The translations under genes were made by a program, and so were the position numbers. Shown here piece by piece: positions 26,269-35,157 of a DNA stretch of 64,000 nt; within the stretch, counting starts at the first letter, position 1; each line of letters opens with the position of its first letter. The stretch comes from Planctomycetota bacterium (GTDB lineage: Bacteria > Planctomycetota > B15-G4 > JADJEK01). The notes under the pieces were generated by a model. The model did not search any database and was not told where the DNA came from. It saw only the letters and a list, made by a program, of their open reading frames with translations. The stretch spans positions 1 through 64,000 of the forward strand of contig JBGAIQ010000016.1 of assembly GCA_044225365.1 (NCBI GenBank), written 5' to 3'.

Positions 26269-27785
26269 ACGCCGCTCCCGTCGAGGAGTTGCGCTCGCAC
26301 TCCGGTCGCGACGACGACGGGTTCCGACTCGATCGCCCGGAGACCCGCGCTGGCGAAGACTTCGAGCACGCGGTCGTTCGGCGGCAGCCGTGGAACGAAG
26401 TGCGCCGTGAACCACCAGACCCGGGGTACGCCTGCGACTTTCGACCTGGCGTCGGTCGCGAAGTCTTCGATGTCCTCCGTCTCGACCCGCTCCGCGCGAA
26501 CGGATCGCACGGAATCGAGTCCAAGTTGCTTTGCGTAGTAGTCGTACGCGAAGTGGCTCCACCATTCGACGTAGACGACGTCGCCCTCGCGGATGCGCTC
26601 GCGCATCCGCGTCAGCACGGAGCGAGATTCTTCGACCTCCTTGGGGTGGAGGAACGTGAGACCAGCGTCCCTCGCTGCGGGTACGAGCCATAGAACGGCG
26701 GCGACCGACGCGAGCAGACGCGGCGCGCGGATCCACCGCATCGCGCTCTCGAAGCCCGATGCGACGAGGATCGCGAGCACGGGAGCGAGGAAGAGGAGCA
26801 CGCGACCGCCAAAGGGATAGGCGCGAACGAATGCGGCGAACCACGCAACGGCCAACGCGAAGGCGAACATCGTTCGTTCGGGGTGGGTGCGTCGCGCGCG
26901 CAGGAGACTCACGACACCGATCAGAACGAGAACGGACCCGATGATCTCGATGCTCGCGTGGAGTCGCCCGTCGCCCCCGATGCCGAGCGGATCGGCGAGC
27001 GCCGTCGAGAGCGAACCCGGGATCCAGGAGAGTCGCGCGAGGAAGTCGCCGGCTTTGGGCAGCGCTCCCGCCTTCGTCCAATACTCCTGCAGTCCGGAGT
27101 TCGTGCGTTGCGGCGCGAGGAGAAGTGCGTACTCCAGCCCGAACACCACGAAGAAGAGTACGAACAGCGGGAGGATCCTTCGCACGAGTTCATCACGGGC
27201 GCTCCGCCACTTCGCGAGGACGATCGCACCGAACACGGCGCCGAGCACGAGGACGAAGGGCAGACTGCACAGGACTCCGGTGAGACCGACTAGCGTGAAG
27301 ACGACCGCGTCGCGCGGCGAAGGGCGCGAGAAGAGAGGGATCGAAACGACGAGGAGCGCGAGGGCGAGGAACAGATCCGAGGAGTAAGGTTTGAAATCGG
27401 CGGCGAGGAAGATCGCTTCGGGTGAGAGCGAGAGCATCGCGAGGGCGAGAAGTGCCGCGGCAGGGGAAAGGACGCGCTTCACGAGGAGCCAGAAGAGCGG
27501 GAGCGAAGCGATTCCCGCCGCGATGGACGGCATTCGCAGCACGAGTTCGGAGCTGGAGAAGAGGCGTCGCAAGAGCTGGACGATCGCGACGAAGCCGGCC
27601 GGCGCGACTTGTCCTTCGCGAAGAGGATGGAGGCATCGCGCGATCACGGGTTTGCCGAGTGTCTCGATGAGCTGCAACTCGTCGAACCAGAGCGAGCGGT
27701 CGTAGAGGTAGGCGCGGAGGCGGAGGCATACGCCGAAGGTGATGATGCCGAATGCGATTCGATCGAAGCGGCGGTCGGCGCTCAT
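26262..27785 (-). CDS. GT-C fold membrane glycosyltransferase (ArnT/PMT-like)
   Basis: RSLWFDE loop, ELVLRMPS, KPYSSD, about 11 TM helices. ATG at 27785 overlaps the upstream stop. Confidence 0.82.
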   Translation of the reverse strand: MSADRRFDRIAFGIITFGVCLRLRAYLYDRSLWFDELQLIETLGKPVIARCLHPLREGQVAPAGFVAIVQLLRRLFSSSELVLRMPSIAAGIASLPLFWLLVKRVLSPAAALLALAMLSLSPEAIFLAADFKPYSSDLFLALALLVVSIPLFSRPSPRDAVVFTLVGLTGVLCSLPFVLVLGAVFGAIVLAKWRSARDELVRRILPLFVLFFVVFGLEYALLLAPQRTNSGLQEYWTKAGALPKAGDFLARLSWIPGSLSTALADPLGIGGDGRLHASIEIIGSVLVLIGVVSLLRARRTHPERTMFAFALAVAWFAAFVRAYPFGGRVLLFLAPVLAILVASGFESAMRWIRAPRLLASVAAVLWLVPAARDAGLTFLHPKEVEESRSVLTRMRERIREGDVVYVEWWSHFAYDYYAKQLGLDSVRSVRAERVETEDIEDFATDARSKVAGVPRVWWFTAHFVPRLPPNDRVLEVFASAGLRAIESEPVVVATGVRAQLLDGSGVH

Positions 27786-29626
27786 CGCGTGGGAGCGAGC
27801 TCCTCCCCGGGATTCACGAAGCGCTCGGACTCGAAGCGATACTGGCGATCGTGCAGTTCGCGATAGCGCCCGCCCTTCTCGAACAGTTGGGCGTGCGTAC
27901 CGCGTTCGACGATGCGGCCGTCTTCGATCACCAGGATCTGATCGGCCGATCGGATCGTCGACAGTCGGTGCGCGATCACGAACGTCGTGCGACTCTTGCG
28001 CAAGGTCATCAGGCCATCCTGGATGAGGGCTTCGCTCTCGCTGTCGAGACTCGACGTCGCCTCGTCGAGGATCAGGATCTTCGGCCGTGCGAGCAAGGCT
28101 CGCGCGATTGCGACGCGCTGGCGCTGGCCGCCCGAGAGTCGAATGCCTCGTTCGCCGACCACGGTGTCGTAGCCCTTCTCCATCTCCCGGACGAAGGCGT
28201 CGCAATGCGCCGCTCGTCCGGCTTCCTCGATCTCGGCGCGCGTCGCGCTCGGGCGCGAGAATGCGATGTTCTCGGCGATCGTTCCGTCGAACAGGAAGTT
28301 CTCCTGGAGCACGACGCCGAGATGGGAACGGTAGTCGTGGAGACGCAGCCGTGCGAGATCCTGACCGTCGACTCGAATCGTTCCCGCGGTCGGTCGATTG
28401 AACGCCATGACGAGGCTCACGAGCGTGCTCTTGCCCGAACCGGACGATCCCACGAGCGCGGTCGTCGATCCCGCCTTCGCGACGAGATGGATGTCGTGCA
28501 GAACGGGCTTGTTCACGTCGTATTCGAAGGACACGCCTTCGAACTCGATGTCGCCATTCACGGTGGGGCACGGCGCGAGCAGTGCGTCGTTCGAGTCCTC
28601 GGCGACCACATTGCGGATCTCGCGGATGCGGTCGAGGCCCGCGAACGCTTCGCTGATCTGCGTACCGATCGAAGCGATCTGCACGACGGGACCGACGACG
28701 AGTCCGATGAAGACGAGGTACATCACGAAGTCGCCGAGGGACATCGTCCCGGCGAGGATCGCTTTGCCACCGACGATGGTGAGCAGGACGCCGATGAGCC
28801 CGACGATGGCGGTCGAGATCGCGGTCGTCATCGACACGCCGGTCATCGAGCGCCGCACGTTGTCGAACAATCGATCGACGTTGCTCGAGAAGACGCTCTC
28901 CTCCTGCTTCTCGGCGACGTAGGCCTTCACGACACGGATGCCGCCGAGCGTCTGATTGAGCCGTCCCGTGATCTCTCCCGTGATCTTGCCGCGTTCGCGG
29001 AACAGCGGGCGCAAATGCTTGAACGCCCGGGCCATCGCGACACCGAAGACGGCGAGCACGAGGAGGATGACGCAGGTCAGTCGCCAGTTGAGATAGAAGA
29101 GCACGGCCATCCCGAGCACGGCGGAGACGATGCCGCCCACGAGTTGAACGATGCCGGACCCGACGAGATTTCGAATGCCCTCCGCGTCGGTCATGATGCG
29201 GGAGATCAGGATCCCGGTCTGCGTGCGATCGAAGTAGCGTACGGGCAGGTGGCCGATGTGGGCCTGGACCACCTTGCGCATGTCGTTGATCGCTCGCTGC
29301 GCGGCGACCCCGAGGACCTGACTGAGGCCGAATCCCGTCGCTGCCTGGATCAGCGTGGCGACGCCGCCTGCGATCGCGAGGGGAACGAGGAGTTCGACGC
29401 GGTGGTTCCCGATCACGTCGTCGATCAGCGACTTGGACGTCGCGGGGAGGACGAGGCCGGCGAGTCGCGAGATGAGCATGAGGACGAGGCCGAGGAAGAG
29501 GCGGTTCTTGTGCTCGGCCACGAGAGCCTTCGCCTCGTGGAAGCCTCCCTTCACCGCTGCGCGCTTCTTCTCGCGCGCACTCGCTTGGCCGCTCTCGCCG
29601 CTCGCGGAATGGATGGGCGTGGACAT
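27782..29626 (-). CDS. ABC exporter, fused permease and ATPase (MsbA/Sav1866-like)
   Basis: Six-TM domain, GSSGSGKST, LSGGQRQR, ILILDEATSSLD, IAHRLST. Confidence 0.95.
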   Translation of the reverse strand: MSTPIHSASGESGQASAREKKRAAVKGGFHEAKALVAEHKNRLFLGLVLMLISRLAGLVLPATSKSLIDDVIGNHRVELLVPLAIAGGVATLIQAATGFGLSQVLGVAAQRAINDMRKVVQAHIGHLPVRYFDRTQTGILISRIMTDAEGIRNLVGSGIVQLVGGIVSAVLGMAVLFYLNWRLTCVILLVLAVFGVAMARAFKHLRPLFRERGKITGEITGRLNQTLGGIRVVKAYVAEKQEESVFSSNVDRLFDNVRRSMTGVSMTTAISTAIVGLIGVLLTIVGGKAILAGTMSLGDFVMYLVFIGLVVGPVVQIASIGTQISEAFAGLDRIREIRNVVAEDSNDALLAPCPTVNGDIEFEGVSFEYDVNKPVLHDIHLVAKAGSTTALVGSSGSGKSTLVSLVMAFNRPTAGTIRVDGQDLARLRLHDYRSHLGVVLQENFLFDGTIAENIAFSRPSATRAEIEEAGRAAHCDAFVREMEKGYDTVVGERGIRLSGGQRQRVAIARALLARPKILILDEATSSLDSESEALIQDGLMTLRKSRTTFVIAHRLSTIRSADQILVIEDGRIVERGTHAQLFEKGGRYRELHDRQYRFESERFVNPGEELAPTR

Positions 29627-29742
29627 TCCATCGATTCTGCCTCCACCCAAGCGAAACCGTGCACGGAATAGGGCGGTGTTCGCAAGACGCTGGCCGCGGA
29701 GTTCCCGCGCGCAGCGGTGCGTTCCGCCGGTACTCTCCCGTC

Positions 29743-32484
29743 ATGGTCCATCCAAGCCGACGCTGGTCACCGCACTCGAGCCTCTTCGGTCTTGCCCTTA
29801 CGGTCACGAGCGGCTGCTCTCTCGGTCTCGATCGTGAGACGGTCGGCCGGCACGGTGATCGAATCGTCCTCCCCCTGAACCAATGGCTCTCTCCGAGCGG
29901 ACGACAGCTCGCGCTCCCCGGAATGCGTCCCCTCGCGCTCGCCCTGTCCCCCGATCGCACGCTGCTCGTCACGTCCGGCATCACGCACGAGCTCGTCGTC
30001 GTCGATCCCGGCAGCGGCGCGATCCGTCAACGCGTTGCGATCCCGGACACCGGCGCGAAGCCGCGGCCCGATGGCGATCGGTCGAGCGACCACGTGCGCC
30101 GCGTGAACGACGACCAAATCGGATTCACGGGCCTCGTCTTCTCTCACGACGGCCGGCATGTGTTCCTCTCGAACGTGCTCGGTGCGATCGAGGTCTTCGA
30201 CGTCGATGCTTCGGGCATCGTCACCCACGCTCGATCGATCGCCTTGCCGAAGGCTCGTGCTCCGCGGCGCGACGAGGAGATCCCGGCCGGGCTCGCCGTG
30301 ACGGGGGACGATGCGCACCTGCTGGTGTGCGGCAATCTCTCGAATCGGCTGCTCGAGATCGACCTGAAGTCGCAGACCGTCACGCGAACGTTCGACGTGG
30401 GGGTCGCGCCGTTCGACGTCGTGCTCGTCCAAGGCAAGGCCTACGTGTCGAATTGGGGCGGGCGCCGTCCCGGCGCAGGCGATCCCATCGGTCCGGCCGG
30501 TCGCGGCACGGTCGTGCGAGTGGATCCCGTGCGCGGCATCGCGAGCGAAGGCTCGGTCAGCGTGGTTCAGCTCGATCCTTCCGCTCCCGATGCAACGCCG
30601 TCGAAGGAACTCGTGACGGGGCTCCACGCCTGCGCGCTCGCCGCGTCGCCGGACGGGAACTACGTCGCGGTCGCCAACGCCGGGAGCGACACGGTGAGCG
30701 TGATCGATGCGAAGCACGACCTCGTCGTCGAGACGATCCTCGTGAAGCCGCGCCCGAGCGACTTGTTCGGCGCGTCACCGAACGCGCTCGTCTTCGGTGC
30801 TGCGGGGCCTGGCGGGGATCGACTCTACGTCGCGAACGGGACGCAGAACGCGGTCGCGGTGGTGGGGTTCGAGCCGGAGGAGCGAGAATCGCGCCTGCTC
30901 GGACTCGTTCCGGTCGGCTGGTTCCCCGGAGCGCTCGCGCTCGATCCCTCGCGAAACGAGATCTTCGTTGCGAACGTGAAGGGTCTCGCGAGCGCGGAGT
31001 CGAACGTGAAGAGCCTTGCCGCACCGGGATTCACTTCGACCCGCTACGAGGGCAGTCTGTCCTTGGTGCAGATCCCTACCGACGAGGATCTGCCGCGCAC
31101 GAGCGAGCAAGTGGGAATCGGACTGCGACGAGAACGCATCGAGCAGGCTCTCTTGCCGCCGCGGCCGAATCGAACGCCGCGTGCAGTGCCGGAGCGAATC
31201 GGCGAGCCGAGCCTCATCCGCCACGTCGTCTACGTGATCAAGGAGAACCGAACCTACGATCAGGTCCTCGGCGACGATCCACGCGGCAACGGCGATCCAA
31301 GGCTCTGCACCTTCGGCGAGGAGTTCACGCCGAACGAGCATGCGATCGCGCGCGAGTTCGTCCTGCTCGACAACACGTATTGCGCCGGGATCCTGAGCGC
31401 GGACGGCCATCAATGGAGCACCACCGCGTTCAGCACCGACTACGTCGAGCGCTCGTTCGCTGGCTGGCCGCGCAGCTATCCCGACGGCATGGGAATCGAC
31501 GAAGCCGACGCGCTCGCCTACTCGCCGACCGGATTCATCTGGGACGCTGCGCTGGCTCGGGGTCTGACCCTGCGCAACTTCGGCGAGTTCACGGCGCCGA
31601 TGCTCACGTGGCGCGACGGCTCGCGACGGGACGACATCGGATACTCGGCGTGCGATCGCGTTTGTCGCGGTGAGAGCGACGAAGTGGTGCTGACCAGCGA
31701 GCCCATGATCGAGTCGATCCGCCCGTTCACCGTGAAGGACTACGTCGGTTGGGACCTCCGCGTCTCCGATCGCTATCGCGCCGATCGATTCCTCGAGGAC
31801 CTTCAGCGCTGCGAGAGCGAGGGCGAGTATCCGTCGCTCGTCATCGTCTGCCTGCCGAACGATCACACGAATGGCGCGGCCGAGGGAATGCCGACTCCAG
31901 GCTCGTACGTTGCCGACAACGACCTCGCGTTCGGGCGCATCGTCTCCGGGCTGTCGCATTCGAAGTTCTTCGCAAGCATGGCGATCTTCGCCATCGAGGA
32001 CGATCCCCAGGCGGGCTGGGATCATGTGAGCGGATATCGCACGACCGCCTTCGTCGTGAGTCCGTACGCGAAGCGCCACGCGGTCGTCAGCACGCAGTAC
32101 AACACGACGTGCATCCTGCGCACGATCGAGCAGATCCTCGGCATTCCGCCGATGAACCAGTTCGACGCCTCCGCAACGCCGATGTTCGACTGCTTCCAGG
32201 ACGACCCCGACGGGACCGCGTTCGACTTCGTTCCGAATCGAATCCCCCTCGATCGCCTGAACGCACCGGCACACGCGCTTTCTGATCCCATTCTGCGTGC
32301 AGATGCGTTCGCGTCGATGGCGATGGACTTTGCGCTCCCCGATCGCGCTCCGGAGGACGAGCTCAATCGAATCCTCTGGCGTGCGATGCGGGGAACGCAG
32401 GAGCCGTATCCCGAATGGGCGATCACCAAGCTCTTCGGCGATGACGACGACGACGACGACCGTCGCGAATCCAAGGCGAAGTGA
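29743..32484 (+). CDS. YVTN beta-propeller plus phosphoesterase (alkaline phosphatase superfamily) lipoprotein
   Basis: YVSNW, YVAVANAGSDTVSVID repeats; HVVYVIKENRTYDQVLGD, SADGHQW, LPNDHT, EDDPQAGWDHV. Confidence 0.88.
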   Translation: MVHPSRRWSPHSSLFGLALTVTSGCSLGLDRETVGRHGDRIVLPLNQWLSPSGRQLALPGMRPLALALSPDRTLLVTSGITHELVVVDPGSGAIRQRVAIPDTGAKPRPDGDRSSDHVRRVNDDQIGFTGLVFSHDGRHVFLSNVLGAIEVFDVDASGIVTHARSIALPKARAPRRDEEIPAGLAVTGDDAHLLVCGNLSNRLLEIDLKSQTVTRTFDVGVAPFDVVLVQGKAYVSNWGGRRPGAGDPIGPAGRGTVVRVDPVRGIASEGSVSVVQLDPSAPDATPSKELVTGLHACALAASPDGNYVAVANAGSDTVSVIDAKHDLVVETILVKPRPSDLFGASPNALVFGAAGPGGDRLYVANGTQNAVAVVGFEPEERESRLLGLVPVGWFPGALALDPSRNEIFVANVKGLASAESNVKSLAAPGFTSTRYEGSLSLVQIPTDEDLPRTSEQVGIGLRRERIEQALLPPRPNRTPRAVPERIGEPSLIRHVVYVIKENRTYDQVLGDDPRGNGDPRLCTFGEEFTPNEHAIAREFVLLDNTYCAGILSADGHQWSTTAFSTDYVERSFAGWPRSYPDGMGIDEADALAYSPTGFIWDAALARGLTLRNFGEFTAPMLTWRDGSRRDDIGYSACDRVCRGESDEVVLTSEPMIESIRPFTVKDYVGWDLRVSDRYRADRFLEDLQRCESEGEYPSLVIVCLPNDHTNGAAEGMPTPGSYVADNDLAFGRIVSGLSHSKFFASMAIFAIEDDPQAGWDHVSGYRTTAFVVSPYAKRHAVVSTQYNTTCILRTIEQILGIPPMNQFDASATPMFDCFQDDPDGTAFDFVPNRIPLDRLNAPAHALSDPILRADAFASMAMDFALPDRAPEDELNRILWRAMRGTQEPYPEWAITKLFGDDDDDDDRRESKAK

Positions 32485-32498
32485 CTCCTGCAAAGCGA

Positions 32499-32534
32499 GA
32501 GGCGCGGCGCCGAGTTGCCCCGGCGTCGCGCCTC
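32499..32534. terminator. GC-rich hairpin between convergent genes
   Basis: GAGGCGCGGCGCCG / CGGCGTCGCGCCTC 14-bp stem; only a weak U tract. Confidence 0.55.
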
Positions 32535-32577
32535 GTTCTGACGAGCGTTCGATCGCTCGAACGTCGCGGCTCTTAGA

Positions 32578-34914
32578 TCACTTGATCGTGACCGAGAGAC
32601 CGTTCGTCGCCGAATAACCCCAGAAGTTGGTGTTGTCCGCGACGAGGGCCTGGAGCTTCACGGACGAACCGGTGAGCGCTGCGCCCGGGATCGTCGACGT
32701 GAACGACGCCGAGCCGGAGCCCGGGACGCCGACCGTGCCGCCGAGCGGGAGCGGGATCGCCTGGACGATCGGAGCGACGAGGAGCGAGCAACCACCCGCG
32801 AGCGGGAGGTTGTTCGGCAGGAACCCGAAGAGCAGCAGGCTGATCGTCTGCGGCTTCGTGTTGCCGATCTGGAGCGTGACGTTTCCGTTCGGCGTGGCGC
32901 AGCCCGCCGCCGTGAGCTTCGGAACGATGCTGCCGAAGCCGGCGCAACCCGTGCCGTAGGTCGCGATCGCGTCCTTCACGGGGCAAGCCGAACCCGACCA
33001 GTACTCCTTCGCCTTGTTGAAGGCTTCGGGACCGATCTTGTTTCCGAGGTTACGACCCGGGATGTCGTCCATCGGCGGGTGGATGCCGCCCCAGATGCGC
33101 GACAGCGAGCACTGGTCCGAGGCGTCGTAGTAGGTCGCCCACTGCAGGGTGACGTTGACGCTCGGGCCGTCCTCGAACACGAGGTACTGATTCTGCGGAC
33201 AGAAGAACGTGCCGAGACCACCGGGGAAGAACGGCGTGCCCGTCAGCTTGTCCATGATGATGGCGCCGGTGCGGCTGTACGTGCTGTGACCGGACATGTA
33301 GCCCGGGAACGGCGGCGACACGAAGGACGGCCGCTGGTAGGGCCACCAGTTCTCGGCGAGGATCCAGTCGACGCCCGCGACGTCGATCGCGGGGTTGATG
33401 ATGTACGGCGGGCCCTTCCAGGCCTTGACGGCGATCTTGCCTTCGCTGCCCGCGAACTGCTCGAACTTGCCACCGATGACCGTGTCCGCGGCGGTGACGA
33501 CTTCGATGTAGCCCGGGATCAGATCGATGCCGGCCGTGTTGTAGCTCGGCAGGGCCGGATTGGTGCACTGACCGCGGTCCGCCATGTAGCGCAGGGCGCT
33601 CACCGGACGGCTCGAGTCGTACCAACCCTTCGCGCCCCAGCAGGCGATCGCGACGTCATGCATCGCGCCACCGAGGGTGAGGTACGCCTTCACTTCGAAC
33701 TCGAGCTTCGGGAGTACAGGACCCGTGCCCTCGAGCTGCCAGGTGAACAGCGGATCGTCCATCACCTTATTGAGGATGGTGAACCAGTGACCGGGAGGCG
33801 TCTCGGACGTCGGCCCGTCGGCCCAGAACTCGGCGAGCACGCGCGTGTAGTCGCCGCGGGGAACGATCTGCGGAGCGTAGGGCTGGCCGGTGACCGGATT
33901 GACCGGATGGCCGTGGCCGTTGTCGCCACCGTTCAGCTTGTCGTAGAAGTTCGGGTAGTCCGCGACGCTCGCCGGCAACACCGCGCCACCGATCGCGCCC
34001 GGCGAGATGTCCCACATCACGCCGTCCGCGGGGTCGAGGTGCGACGACCACGTGGAGACGAGCTCATGGCTCCACTTGTACTGCGCCGTCTGGACCGGGT
34101 CGTTGCCGTAGAGCGGCTCGGAACCCTGGTCGTGGTAGACCGGCCAGTAGGTGTTATCACGATAGTAGAGCGTCTGGTCGTTCAGCGTCAGGGAGAACGG
34201 CTTGACCTTGCCCCATTCCGGACCGATCGCGGCGGGGTAGCCGCCAAGGATCAGCGTTCCGGACTGGTCGATGAAGAAGTCGAGCGCGAGCGGCTGCCAG
34301 CGATTCGGATCGATCATCGTCGGATTGCCGGGGAGCGGCGGGACGAGCGGCGGATTGACCGGCGCGTAGAACTGGTTCGCGTAGTTGCCCTGCTCGTTGG
34401 CGTTGTCGCCGAGCCCGTAGCTGAGGACCGCGTTCGCGATGCGATTGCCGATCGCAGCCGGCGTGTTGCCGATCGTGCCGGTGAAGTTCTTGTTGTAGCC
34501 GAGCGCCGTCATGAGGGCGTCGTACTGCGGGAACATCACGGCGGCGCCCGGCGAGAGAGCGAAGCGCGCGCGCAGGATGTCGTACACCGCGAAGCTGAGC
34601 GCCTCGCTGCGGAACGCATCGACGTTCGGATCGTTGCTCGGATGCTTCTCGCCGAACAGCACGCAGTTCGCCGTGGTGTCGTACGTGGCCCACGCGTCCC
34701 ACATCGCAACGGCGATGTGGTAGAGGTTGCGAGCGTGGATCGGTGGACGCGCCTGATCCTTGCGGATCGACGCGATCAGCATCTCGTTCCATTGCCTCGC
34801 CGCAGTCTGCTGCGCCTGCGCAGGACTGGCGAACGATGCGCCGATCAGGGATGCGGCCGCGATCGCGAGGATCCGACGGCCAAGGGAGCGGGAAGCTACG
34901 CTTGGGTAATTCAT
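32578..34914 (-). CDS. Secreted vanadium-dependent haloperoxidase-family protein with C-terminal beta domain
   Basis: K..YDSSRP, PPFPGYMSGHS, SRIWGGIHP vanadate-binding motifs; EFWADGP.SETPPGHW; signal peptide; SD GGGGGAG. Confidence 0.9.
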   Translation of the reverse strand: MNYPSVASRSLGRRILAIAAASLIGASFASPAQAQQTAARQWNEMLIASIRKDQARPPIHARNLYHIAVAMWDAWATYDTTANCVLFGEKHPSNDPNVDAFRSEALSFAVYDILRARFALSPGAAVMFPQYDALMTALGYNKNFTGTIGNTPAAIGNRIANAVLSYGLGDNANEQGNYANQFYAPVNPPLVPPLPGNPTMIDPNRWQPLALDFFIDQSGTLILGGYPAAIGPEWGKVKPFSLTLNDQTLYYRDNTYWPVYHDQGSEPLYGNDPVQTAQYKWSHELVSTWSSHLDPADGVMWDISPGAIGGAVLPASVADYPNFYDKLNGGDNGHGHPVNPVTGQPYAPQIVPRGDYTRVLAEFWADGPTSETPPGHWFTILNKVMDDPLFTWQLEGTGPVLPKLEFEVKAYLTLGGAMHDVAIACWGAKGWYDSSRPVSALRYMADRGQCTNPALPSYNTAGIDLIPGYIEVVTAADTVIGGKFEQFAGSEGKIAVKAWKGPPYIINPAIDVAGVDWILAENWWPYQRPSFVSPPFPGYMSGHSTYSRTGAIIMDKLTGTPFFPGGLGTFFCPQNQYLVFEDGPSVNVTLQWATYYDASDQCSLSRIWGGIHPPMDDIPGRNLGNKIGPEAFNKAKEYWSGSACPVKDAIATYGTGCAGFGSIVPKLTAAGCATPNGNVTLQIGNTKPQTISLLLFGFLPNNLPLAGGCSLLVAPIVQAIPLPLGGTVGVPGSGSASFTSTIPGAALTGSSVKLQALVADNTNFWGYSATNGLSVTIK

Positions 34915-35157
34915 GAAACTCCCCCTTGCGAAGGTGCGAGGGTTTTTTCCGGTTTGGTTGCAGGGCCGAAACTTGAACGACACCCGTCAGCGGGCGTTCC
35001 ACGGCGGCCGGAGACCCACCCGGTCACCGTGGAGCTATGGCCGGATTGTAACCCACACCGGGAGGCGTGAGGGGAAGTCGGCTGGAAATTCCTCGAATCG
35101 GCGGGAAGGACCAGGACCCGGGCGCTGCGATCTCGTCGCGACGCTCGAAACCGCGGC

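Noticed and set aside
26262-29984. 1240-aa ORF in the track, and similar long Arg/Pro-rich or antisense ORFs (e.g. 37475-39673, 46308-48728, 7889-10027, 52274-54403)
   Set aside because: These are off-frame or antisense read-throughs typical of high-GC DNA. Where a real gene is included it is only the C-terminal part, with its own start.
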